DNA from: Mobula hypostoma
Taxonomy: Eukaryota
NCBI RefSeq assembly: GCF_963921235.1
Contig: NC_086097.1
Span: forward strand, 165,356,001 to 165,420,000
Direction of reading: 5' to 3'
Length of the DNA stretch: 64,000 nt
Both the position numbers and the translations under genes were made by a program. Of the stretch, positions 13,420 to 24,820 are shown piece by piece (position 1 is the first letter of the stretch; each line of letters begins with the position of its first letter). The notes under the pieces are model-generated. The model was given only the letters and a program-made list of their open reading frames with translations. It made no database searches and was not told the origin of the DNA.

Positions 13420-15499
13420 TAATGTGACCCTGAGATTGTACTTTAAATAATTTTTTTGACCTTTTTGTGTTCTCTTTCACTCTTATGACAAACAAGAGAT
13501 TTCAGTTTCTCTGTCTCAATGAGATTATCTCACTGATGAACTGAATTACCTGAGACAATTATGGTCAGAAATAAGTTGGTCGATATCTGTAAACACAAAA
13601 TAATCTGCAGATGCTGGGGTCACTGTAGCAGCGGCATATGGCCTTGTTCTTTAATTGGGAGCAAAACAAAAAAAAGTTTCCAATTCTTCGGATACATGTT
13701 CTTGTTGGAATGTGCACATGAATGATATGATCTGAATTGCTTGTCCACTCCATAGTAAAGCAGTCTGTTAAGCTTTCATGTGAATAGAAACTACTTGGAG
13801 CTCAACCAGTCTCTGGTCTCATGACCGACACCCCATTATCTATATTATACCTGCACTCTCTCCAGTATAATGGCTGCAGTGTGTGCTTTCTTCAGAATGC
13901 AATACAGTAATCCAACATAATTCTAAAAGCCACAATCTTTTATCACCTAGGGCACAGGCAGTGGCCTACTAAATCACAAACCATTCAGACATTTCCTTCA
14001 TCATCTTGTCAAAATCCGAGATCCCCATTATTAATATTAGTATGGGAAAAAAAGCAGCATTTTGGGAAGCAATTGAATACACCTTCTCAAGGATAATTGG
14101 GGATGAGCAATAACTGATCATGTTTTACGTTCAGGTTTTTTTTATTTGAGCAGTTTTACAGGTACTACAACATAGCAGCCATTAACGACTGAGAATTTTG
14201 CCATTCTTAGTAAAGTACTTAAGTCAAAAGGGTTTAAATGTCTTTTTGTTGCAATGGCAGTTTGCCAAGAGCAACCAAACTAGCTGCCTCTTGTAAGAGT
14301 ATATTTTTTTTGAAATTAACATCAGGAGAGATGTTCTTTAGGTGCTCCACCAACCTATATTATTGGTATGATTGAACTACATCCCTGAATCCTAAAAGAG
14401 GTCTTATTTTCAGACTCTTAAAACCCCATTGGCAGTAAAGCATAAACAATGAGTGCATTGAATGACACCCTGTATAGAACTTGTCCAGTAATTTCTCCAG
14501 TTGTTACTGATTAAAGGTGTTCTTTTTTCTAAATAATGTGAGTTAATTACCCATCTTATTGTCTGCTGTAGGTTTTTAAAAAAAAGTTGTAATTAGATTC
14601 AAAGCAATATTGGTAATGCTCAACACTTGCAAACATTCATCAATCTATCAGGTTCAAATGGTGGGTGTTATTGGTAAAATTATTTGCTCAGCCTTTTAGA
14701 TAGTGTGCTTAGTTTACAGAGCTCGTCAGTGTATAATAATTGGCTTGAGAATTCTTCTGAAGACGAACTGAAGCTCTCTTCCCTGAACTTCTCTATTGCA
14801 CCCTCTGCAGGCTATGATAAAATCTATCCTTCCAAATTTAAGATCTTGTATTCCTAAAGGACCCAAGGTAATGTGGAGGTCATCAAACTTCCATTTGGCA
14901 GAAAAGATGCCTAAAGTTTTTAGTTCAGCTGGTAATTCTATTTTAGAATTCCTCTTTTCCTCTGATCATTAGTATTGTCAAACCTAAATTATTAAAACCT
15001 GAGGAGCCTCCAGTAATATGAATTGAGGAGGAAAGATTAAAAAGAAAACTTCTCGACCCACTTAGTTGGACTTCTTGATTCTCATTTGAGCACATCCCAG
15101 AGATTCTCAATTTTGGTGGTTAACTTCTGACATTTGCACCAGAACCAAAGTAGTAAATAGCATTGCATAATTAATTATATGTTTCTACAGCCATAAATAC
15201 AGAAAGTCATGTGGCTAAAATGACAAGATTTTTTAAACTATTTCTTAAGCTGCTGTTGCTCCTCTTATTGTCCTTCCTTCTCTTTCAATTTAACTATAAT
15301 TTTGTCAAATAAGCTTATTCAGATTGATTGAAGAAGTCAAAATCTAATTAATTGACATTTTGTTAATAAAGATTTGTAATTGTTTCACATATTTTCATGA
15401 AATATTTTCAAAATGCATTTTATCTACAAATTGTAAAAACAATTAAGGAGGAAATTGGGCTTTGGTTAAGGAATTCTTAAATGAGTGAAAAGTGCAACA

Positions 15500-16490
15500 A
15501 AATGAGCATGATCAAATTTCTCTATCCGCGCTCACCCCATCTTCTCGTCGCCTTAATAGTGACAGAGTTCCTCTTGTCCTTACTTACCACCCCATCAGCT
15601 TCTGCATCCAACACATCATCCTCAGCAACTTCTGCCATGACAAAATATATCCTTACCTCCCTCCCCCCCTGGCCTCCACTTTCCACAGGGATAGTTCCCT
15701 CTGCGATTCCCTTGTACATTTGTCCCTCCCAACACTTAACCCTGCAAGCAGCCCAAGTGCTACACCTGCCCATACATCTCCTCCCTCACCTCCATTCAGG
15801 GCCCCAGGCACACCTTCCGGGTGAGGCATCTCTTCACCTGTGAATCTGCTGGGGTCATCTCTTGTGTCTGGTGCTTCCGATGCTGCCTCCTCTACGTTGG
15901 TGAGACCCGTTGTAAATTAGGGGGCCACTTCATTGAGCACCTCCGCACCATCCGCCACAAGTGGCACTTCATGGTGGCCAAACGTTTTAATTCCGATTCC
16001 TATCCCAATTCCAATGGTCTATGGCCACCTTTTGTGCCAAGGTAAGGCCACCCTCAGGGTGGAGGAGCAACTCCTTATGTTCTGTCTGGGTAGCCTTCAA
16101 CCTGATGGCTATCGATTTTTCCTTCCGGTAAACAAAATTACACCCCCCCCCAACCTTCCTCTGTTCCCCACTCTTACCTTTTCCCCTTTTCTCATGCCTA
16201 TTATTTCCCCCTGGGTCCAACCTCCTTCCCTTTCTTCTATAATCTACTCTCCTGTCATATCAAATTTCTTCTTCTCCAACCCTTGACTTTTCCTACGCAC
16301 CTGGCATCACCTATCACCTTCCAGCTAGGCTCCTTCTCCCTGCCCCCCCCCAACAGCTTTTAATTTTGGCATCTTCCCCCTTCCTTCTCAATGCTGGCAA
16401 AGGGTCTTGGCCCAAAACAAAGTCTATTCATTGATTTCCATAGATGCTGCCTGGCCTGCTGACCTCCAGCATTTTGTATGTGTTACTATG
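15500..16490 (+). mobile_element. Penelope-like element, degenerate GIY-YIG and 3' UTR
   Basis: ORFs with RVPLVLTYHP, FTCESAGVISCVWC...LYVGET and LGSLQPDG; decayed hammerhead/tail at ~16390-16490. Confidence 0.8.
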
Positions 16491-16797
16491 ATATGTTGCT
16501 TTTGGAATTTTTAAAATTAAAGATAATCAACAGAGTTGTTGACCTAATAACAAAAGTATTATCATGAAAAGTAGGGTGCTAAAAATATTAAATCAAATTT
16601 TTTTAATAATGTGGGATAATTCACTGTTTTTGAGACAGACTATTTGAAACAAAACTGGATAGTTTGGAAATGTGATCCTTGCCAAAATTCTTTGAGTTAA
16701 ATAATCAGATTTTCTTGATGTCTGTGGCACTGATTTCTGGAAGTCCGTGATAGAAAAAATGAATTTGAAGATTTTGAAAATCTCTATATCCATTTAG

Positions 16798-17013
<216 letters not shown>

Positions 17014-17233
17014 TAAGGACTATTTATTATGTTGCATGAGCTTGAATTTTAACTTAAATTATAAAGTGCTAGAGGCCAAACAAACCCTTCTTCACGACTG
17101 GAAGGGAAGGGGGGGAAAACACCAGAATAAAAAGGTGGGGAGAAGGGAAGGAGGGTAGCTAGAAGGTGATAAAAATGCCAGGTTGGGTAGGAAAAGTAGA
17201 GCAGCTCTTCTCACTGCTCCCATCAGGTAGAAC

Positions 17234-17835
17234 AGCGGTCCCCAACCACCGGGCCACAAAGCATGTGCTACCGGGCCGCTAGGGAACGATATGAGTCAGC
17301 TGCACCTCTCCTCATTTCCTGTCATGCACTGTTGAACTTGAACATTGCGTTGCCAACTGTCCCGTATTTGCCGGGACATCCTGTATATTGGGCTAAATTG
17401 GTTTGTCCCATACGGGACTGCCCTTGTCCCATATTTCCCCCCGCTGAGGTAGAGCGTTCCTATGAAGCCTTTCGTGCTGAAATGGTGTGAAGTGAAGAAG
17501 CAATTACCATTAATTTATATGGGAAAAATTTTTGAGCGTTCCTAAACCCAAAAAATAACCTAACAAATCATACCAAATAACACATAAAACCGAAAATAAA
17601 TGACACTAACATACAGTAAAAGCAGGAATGATATGATAAATACACAGCCCATATAAAGTAGAAATAATGTATGTACAGTATAGTCAGGAAGATGAAGGCA
17701 AAACCGATTAGTGGGGAAAAAATCGGCATGTATGCGCCTGTGCGCATCACATATGCACGTCACGCATGCGCACACAGGTCTCCGCGCAAGGCTTCATGGT
17801 CATGGTTGTCTTTCTGGGTGAAGTGTCCCGTGATC
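17234..17835. mobile_element. hAT-like DNA transposon fragments (Charlie-like end plus Blackjack/Tip100-like internal piece)
   Basis: CAGCGGTCCCCAACC terminus at ~17234, then GTTGCCAACTGTCCCGTATTTGCCGGGACA with repeated TGTCCC/GGGAC subterminal motifs. No matching second end was found. Confidence 0.5.
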
Positions 17836-17908
17836 CACTCCTATGATATAGTGTATGAGTCTTCAATCCTACTTCAACCAAAATGTAACAAATTTGAAAT
17901 TTGAATTA

Positions 17909-19843
17909 CAGGTCCACAATCCCTTATCCGAAATCCTTGGGGCCAGTTATATTTTGGAATTCAGAATTTTTCGGATTTCAGACCCCCCCCCCCATACCAA
18001 AAAACACATATACTGAAGTCCCTTATTTAATCTGTCTCAATACAGTGGACTTTAGGACCCAGCGGCACACCAGACCTACACACATCCTCTTATATACTTT
18101 AAATCATCTCTAGATTACTTATAATACCTGTGTACATACATCTATTGATGCTTCTGGACACATCTTCAGTGATGTTCCTGGAATCATTCGGGTGTTTCGG
18201 GTCTTTCAACGTCATACAACCTCCTCCAGGTGACCCAGCCGGGGCTGATCAGACCCCAGCTTGTGTCCAGATGGCTAGCTACTTATGACTCCATGGCTCC
18301 CCTCTTTTGAGCCACAGCCATCTTGAGGCCCTCTCTGCTGCATCGGTGGTACTGCGGATGGCTCTCCTCTTCCCCTGTCCCTCGATGCCCAAAATGCTGA
18401 AGGCTCTAACTAAAGAACAGGCTATGAATCCCCTACAACCAACCTCCACTAGGACAATAATTGTTGTCATGGCTTGCAGCTTCCTATCAACCCCTGTCTT
18501 CACCATTGCCTCCAGAATTTGGTCAACATCTTCATCAAACTGCTTCCACAGTGAAGTCATGTTAGCTGCAGGCCATTTGATCCGCCTCCTGTTAGACTTC
18601 ATGTTAGAGGGATTAGTTTGCAACACTTGGAGGTTCTGGGCACTATGGGGTGACTCCGGGCCTGGCCCCTCCTTCGTCTCACCAGGTTGGATACCTGCGC
18701 GCTGTGCTGCTTCTGCTCCCACCAAACACTTCATCCTCGCTTGGTGGATCTTCAAGCCACGATCGTTCTTGCAGATTTTGCCACATGCACACTGCTTCCT
18801 CATCATCATTTGTTCATTGCCTAGGTCTGATTTTGTTGTGTCCATCCAGCTGAGGTGCTCATCCTCCCCCACTCTCGGGCACCCCTGGGGGAATCTTTCC
18901 CTTAGATTCATTGTAGCTTTTGTGGGGGTCCTCCTCTCAGAGGACACAGATTGGGTTGCCAGCCTGTTCTGCCCCTGTTGCCGTCTCTCTGGGCTGTCAC
19001 TGACTTTCCAGTCGTCACCACTCTTTTTGCGGTTGTCACCCAGTCTTTCCTGGTTGTCACTGATGAACTCGGGGTGTAAGCTGTGTAAATACATCTATTG
19101 ATGCTTCTGGACACATCTTCAGTGATGTTCCTGGAATCATCGGGTGTTTCGGGTCTTTCAACATCATACAACCTCCTCCAGGTGACCTAGCCAGGGCTGA
19201 TCAGACCCCAGCTTGTGTCCAAATGGCTAGCTTAATACAATGTAAATGCTATGTAAATAATTGTTATACTGTATTGTTTATGGAATAATGACGAGAAGAA
19301 ATTTTATTTCCAACAAAAACATTCAATAAAACATATACAGCTTCAAACAAACCAAATCAAACACATGGTGAATGACTTATTGGAATAAATGTAGAACGTC
19401 ACTGTCACTCTCACTATAAAACTTCAGTACCTTGTCTTTCTGTTTATTTAGGTCATATACAGTGGTAGCTCTGACACTATTTTCTTCAGTAAGATGCCGC
19501 ACAGACCCACCACGATCAGGCTTCTGCAATAACTCCACTTTCTGCGTTATTGATAATGATAGCTGCTTCCTTCTCTTTTTCTCATTGTTACCCATAGGGG
19601 TATCTGCAGCTCTTTTTGACATTTTGACAGTGAAATTAAACACAAAGTCAACAGTGAACACAAAATATCAGCGAACAGCAAATGCACGTGTAACCAGTAT
19701 GAGCGCTGAGCCACAACTGACGTCTGGTGGCCTCTGCTAGTGCTGCCACATCACACCTGAGTGACGTCAGCTGTTAGCGAAAAAAACTTCGGTCTTCGGA
19801 GCTTTTTGGATTTCAGAATTTCAGATAAAGGAATGTGCACCTG
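17909..19843 (-). mobile_element. Non-autonomous Tigger/pogo (Tc1-mariner) DNA transposon, interrupted by a HERO-like insertion
   Basis: Imperfect ~28-bp TIRs (CAGGTCCACAATCCCTTATCCGAAATCC / CAGGTGCACATTCCTTTATCTGAAATTC) with TA on both sides (17907-17908, 19844-19845). ORF 19377-19661 (MSKRAADTPMG...KRRKQLSLSITQKVELL) is a CENP-B-type HTH N-terminus. Confidence 0.85.
18128..19232 (-). mobile_element. Internally deleted HERO/Zebulon-like (restriction-like endonuclease clade) non-LTR retroelement with ~150-bp direct terminal repeats
   Basis: Repeats at 18128-18280 and 19081-19232. ORF 18279-19094 joins CACGKICKNDRGLKIHQARMKC and RIKWP to VEVGCRGF...AAERASRWLWLKR, with no RT. Confidence 0.8.
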
Positions 19844-20223
19844 TACAGCCTTTTGGCAGTGATAACGCATGTGTCCAAAAAAAGTTACGTTGCATGACTG
19901 AAGGATATGTTACTGACATTGTATGAGCTACATGTAATCCTAGTAACCTATAATCTTAAAACAAAGCATAATGGTGACAAAATATGCTTTCTAGTTTCTT
20001 TTGCATTTCAAAATACTGACATTTTGTTCTATGTTTATGTTCCTTTGCTCAAAATATCTTAATTACTTGTATAAGTTACAAGTTTTAAGTATCAGCTGTG
20101 AAGTACTCCCATAATTGATAGCATACTTAGTCTTACATTTTAAAAGTGCAATTTTGTTGAGTTTATCAACTGTGTCTGAGAATAAGAGTTACCAGTTTTT
20201 CGTCCGATACCCTTTACTTTTAG

Positions 20224-20529
<306 letters not shown>

Positions 20530-20769
20530 TAAATTTTGTTCCCCTTTTGGCATATTAAAAAGCAATCTTAAGCTCTTCATATCATTCATGAATACATTCT
20601 CCATATAGTCAGTATTCGTCCTCCTCTTTTTACTTCCTTCTGTCACTACTATTTGCAAAGTGGTATACTTTATTTCTTCAATTCTTGCAATTTTTCCCTT
20701 CCTTCCCTCTCTTTTCAAGGAGCTTTGCCTCTTCTGATTTATTTTTTCTTAGAGGATTATTGATCATAT

Positions 20770-21580
20770 AGGACTATGATGATGGATCGGCTGGTTGAGT
20801 GGTGTTGCAACAACATCCTTGCTCCGAACGTCAGTAAGACTAAGGAATTGATTGTGGCTTTCAGGAAAGGGAAGTCGAGGGAACACACCAGGCCTCATCA
20901 AAGGGTCAACAGTGTAATGGGTGAGCAGTTTCGAGTTCCTGGGTGTCAGTATCTCTGAAGATCTATCCTGGACCCAGCATACTGATGCAATTATTTTGAA
21001 GACATCCCAGCGGCTCTGTTTCAATAGTGTGTGAAGAGATTTGGTGTGTCACCAATGACTAGCAAATTTCTACAGATGAAATGTGGAGAGCATTATAACT
21101 GGTTACATCACTCTCTGGTATGGAGACAGCAGTATAAGGATTGGAAAAAGCTGCAGGTTGTAAACTCAGCCAGCTCCATCATGGGCACTGGCCACACACA
21201 CCCCCACCCCCACCACCACCACTGCCGCTGCCATCGAGGACATTTTCAAAAGGTGAAGCCTCAAAAAGGCAGCATCCATTATGAAGAACCCTCACCACCC
21301 AGGTCATGTCCTCTTCTCCATACTACCATCAGGGAGGAGGTACAGGAGCCTTAAAACACACACTCAACGTTTTAGGAACAGCTTCTTCTCTGCCATCAGA
21401 TTTCTGAACAGTCCATGATCCTATAATCACCACTTCACTTTTTTTGCTGTCTTTTTGCACTACTTATTTTATATTTTTTTATTATTTTTTACTGTAACTT
21501 TTTTTTATGTATTGCACTTACTGCTGCTGCAAAAGAACAAATTTCACGACATATGTCAGTGATAATAAACCTGATTCTGA
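20770..21580 (+). mobile_element. Rex1/Babar-like LINE 3' fragment
   Basis: WCCNNILAPNVSKTKELIVAFRK plus downstream frameshifted motifs; tail aataaacctgattctga. Confidence 0.75.
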
Positions 21581-23759
21581 GAATTCAGATTCTAATCTAT
21601 AAGACGGCATCACACTACACTTCAATTTAATTACATTCACATGCTATTAACTAATATATACGGGGATATCATAAAGTTGTCAACTTTACTGTTATTCTGG
21701 TTATTATTGTGCCATCTGGGTTTCATGATACAAGTCCTTCATTCTATTTAAATTTGAAGCATTTAAAATGTGCCTTTTAACTTCCTGTTGCTTCTAAACG
21801 TAGTGTTCATATTTTTCTATGTTAATGCAATCTGCCATCTGAATAAGTGTTCTTCTATATCCCACATTATCCTTTTACAATCTTCTCTCTTACTGCTCAT
21901 CATTTTAACAATTTTTTTTTGTTTCCTTATTTCCTGAGAGTTTATCATTAATTTTTTAAATTAAAGGAATATTGGTCACTGCAAGTATAGGGTTTGAAAT
22001 TCGCTTATCTGTCTCAATCTTCATTATACCTATTTCTAGAATTTCTGTAAGTTACTGGTATTTACCCTTCTAATATCAGCCATTCATATGAAATACATTC
22101 ATCATTTTTATATTTGAGCTTGATCTTGAAAGGACAATGGTGGTGTTTTAATATCTTGCATAAATTCAGCTCAAGGAATTAAGCATTGCAAATCCCCAGA
22201 CCTTGTTGATCAGTCTATCAAAAAAAATAGCAGTTTGCTCATAACGTCCCCATTATTTTTAAGAATTTGCTGGATTTGCATTTGAATTCATGTTTGACTA
22301 TTTAGAATCTTGCCAAGTTTTTTTTTAACAATCACTACTAAATATAAAATTTGGTCCCAGAAAGGGCTGATCCAGTCAGTAATTCAGAAGCAAAACATTG
22401 AGGGCACTCGTAATGCTCAATTGGTCATCAGGTGATGAGAGAACCTTAATTCAAAATTGAGAAAGTCAATGATAAAATGTTTCAAGAATCAAAGAAAGGG
22501 GGAGGAACAAAAGGAAAAGTCAATAACAAAGTGGGGACAGGAAACATTAAATGACAGAAAGAATGGAGTTGGGTAAAAGAGGATGGTAAATATATTTAAT
22601 AAATAGTAAGTTGCAAAACATGCTTTTGAAAATCTGAACTAAACAGATAATTCTGGAATCAGCACAACTGCAAAATGTTTAAGCTTCCAGTTGTCCGACA
22701 CCTTTTTCCAACTCAATCCTATCTTCAGCCTCTTATTTGTCGTACCAAAGCCCCCTGCAAGTTCAAGGAACAGCAACTTATCTTCCAGCTGCAGCTTTTT
22801 GGACTTAATGATCATCAGATAGTCTTTTATTTAGCATTTAGGGTTTATAGTTTTCATTCCTCTGTTTTCCATTAGTATTATCTTCATCTATGTATTCCAA
22901 CCTCAGACCTACTTTGTATTTTTACCTCCCTTGTTCACCAGGTGCCATCATGTTTTTGTTGTAATGAATCAAGTCTCGTGTCTAGCCTTTCACAAATATT
23001 ATTTCTCCCATACTGCTCCTTGCCTACCCACCATTCTTTCCATCATAAGATGTGCTTTCCTTCCACTTCTAGCAAGTTGGGACTCTAGAATTGGGTCTGA
23101 TTTTACCTAACAGAAAGCTTGAAATGTGGAAGAGTTCTTCTTTCGAAATCTGTGCTTTGGCGTTACTAGGTTGCACAATTTTTTTTTAAATCAAATCAGC
23201 TATTTAAATAATCACTATTGACAATCTATGATCTTGTTAACCAATATTTGTTCAGATTAGTTTAGAAAAGGTCCTTTTAAACTTTTTTGTCTCTTTGCAT
23301 TGGATTTTATTATGTTTGTATTCTGTGTTCAATAAATCTTCCATTTTGGAGAAGCAGGAAATTTGTGTTCCCTCCTTGAAGTTTCAACCTATCGATTGAA
23401 AGAACAGCCTAACAGACTGGGAAAACTGAGTTACTCCATTTCACCACATTTTCCATATATGAATCTAATTTTGGATGATTCATATCTTTCACCTTTTTCT
23501 AACTTTTGTCTACAAAATCAATCTACAATATTTTTCTCAGCATACTTTTGAACTTTTCGGTTGTGCAATGATCATTTTTATATTCGTATTGTTAATTTAA
23601 AGGAAGGTATCACTATATTTTAGTTTGTTTTGCTCTTACTTTGTGTACCTGTTAGAAAATGTATATTTTCTAGTAGGGTTTGGTTTGTTGAATGTTGGGT
23701 TCTAAGAGAAATATTGCACTAGTATGGGTTATGAAGAGAAAGATGTCTGAATCTTTCTT

Positions 23760-24740
23760 ATCAAAGTTCAAAATAATTATCAAAGTACATATATGTCACC
23801 ATATACAACCATGAGATCCATTGTCTTGCGGGCATTCATAGTAAATTCAAGAAACACATAGTATCGATGAAAGACTGCACCCAACTGGATGGACGAGCAA
23901 CCAAAGAGCAAAAGACGATAAACTGTGCATACACAAAACAAATTTTTAAAAAATAAGAATAAAAAAGCAATAAGTATCAAGAACATGAAATGAAGAGTTT
24001 TGAAAGTCCTTGAAGATAGGTTATGGGACCAGTTCAGTGATGGGGTGAGTGAAGCTGAGTGAAGATAACCCTTCTAGTTCAGGAGCCTGATGGTTGAGGA
24101 GCCTGAACCTGGTGGTGTGGGTGCTGAGACTCTGTGCTTCCTTCCTAATAGCGGCAGTGAAAAGAGAACATGGTCTGGATAGTAGGGGCCTTGTTGATGG
24201 ATGCGACATCGCTGCAAGTAGATGTGCTCAGTAGTGGGGAGGGCTTTTCCCATGATGGTCTGGGCCATTTCCCCTACTTTTTGTAGTATTTTTCCATTCA
24301 AGGGCAGAGGTGTTACCATGATGCAACCAGTCAATTTACTCTCCACCACAAACCTATAAAAGAGAAAGTTTTAGATGACATGCCAAATCTTCGCAAATTT
24401 CTGTGAAAGTCGAGGTGCTGCCATGCTTTCTTTGTCATGGCACTTGCGTGCTGGGCCCAGGACAGATCCTCTGGAATGATAACACCGAGGAATTTAAAGT
24501 TGCTGACCCGCTCCACCTTTGAATCCCTGATGAGGTTTGGCTCATGGACCTTTGATTTCCTCCTCTTGAGGTCAATAATCAGCTTCTTGGTCTTGCTGAT
24601 ATTGAGTGAGAGGTGGTGGTTGTAGCACCACTCAGCCAGATTTTCATTCTCTCTCCTATATTCAGATTCTTTACCGCCATTGAGTCGGCCAGTGATAGTA
24701 GTATCAGCAAACTTAAATATGGCATTGGAGCCATACCACT
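23760..24740 (-). mobile_element. Rex1/Babar-like LINE 3' fragment
   Basis: ERVSNFKFLGVIIPEDLSWAQH...LRRFGMS in ORF 24331-24516. Confidence 0.75.
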
Positions 24741-24820
24741 CGTGCCATTAGAAAATATTTACAATAAAAATTGAAAATATGCATTTCTTACAGTAACCTA
24801 AATTCATTTTGTATTTCCAG

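Noticed and set aside
18150..18215. Hammerhead ribozyme in the HERO-like repeat (CTGAAGA and GAAA on -; CTGATGA on + at ~19060)
   Set aside because: The core words are not connected by the required stems I-III in any permutation I could build.
18307..19101. 264-aa + strand ORF
   Set aside because: Antisense shadow of the HERO-like minus-strand ORF, with no recognisable motifs.
18128..19232. LTR retrotransposon, TRIM or DIRS interpretation of the direct repeats
   Set aside because: No TG...CA ends, no evident PBS or PPT and no 4-6-bp TSD (only 1-2 nt microhomology). The protein motifs are of non-LTR HERO type.
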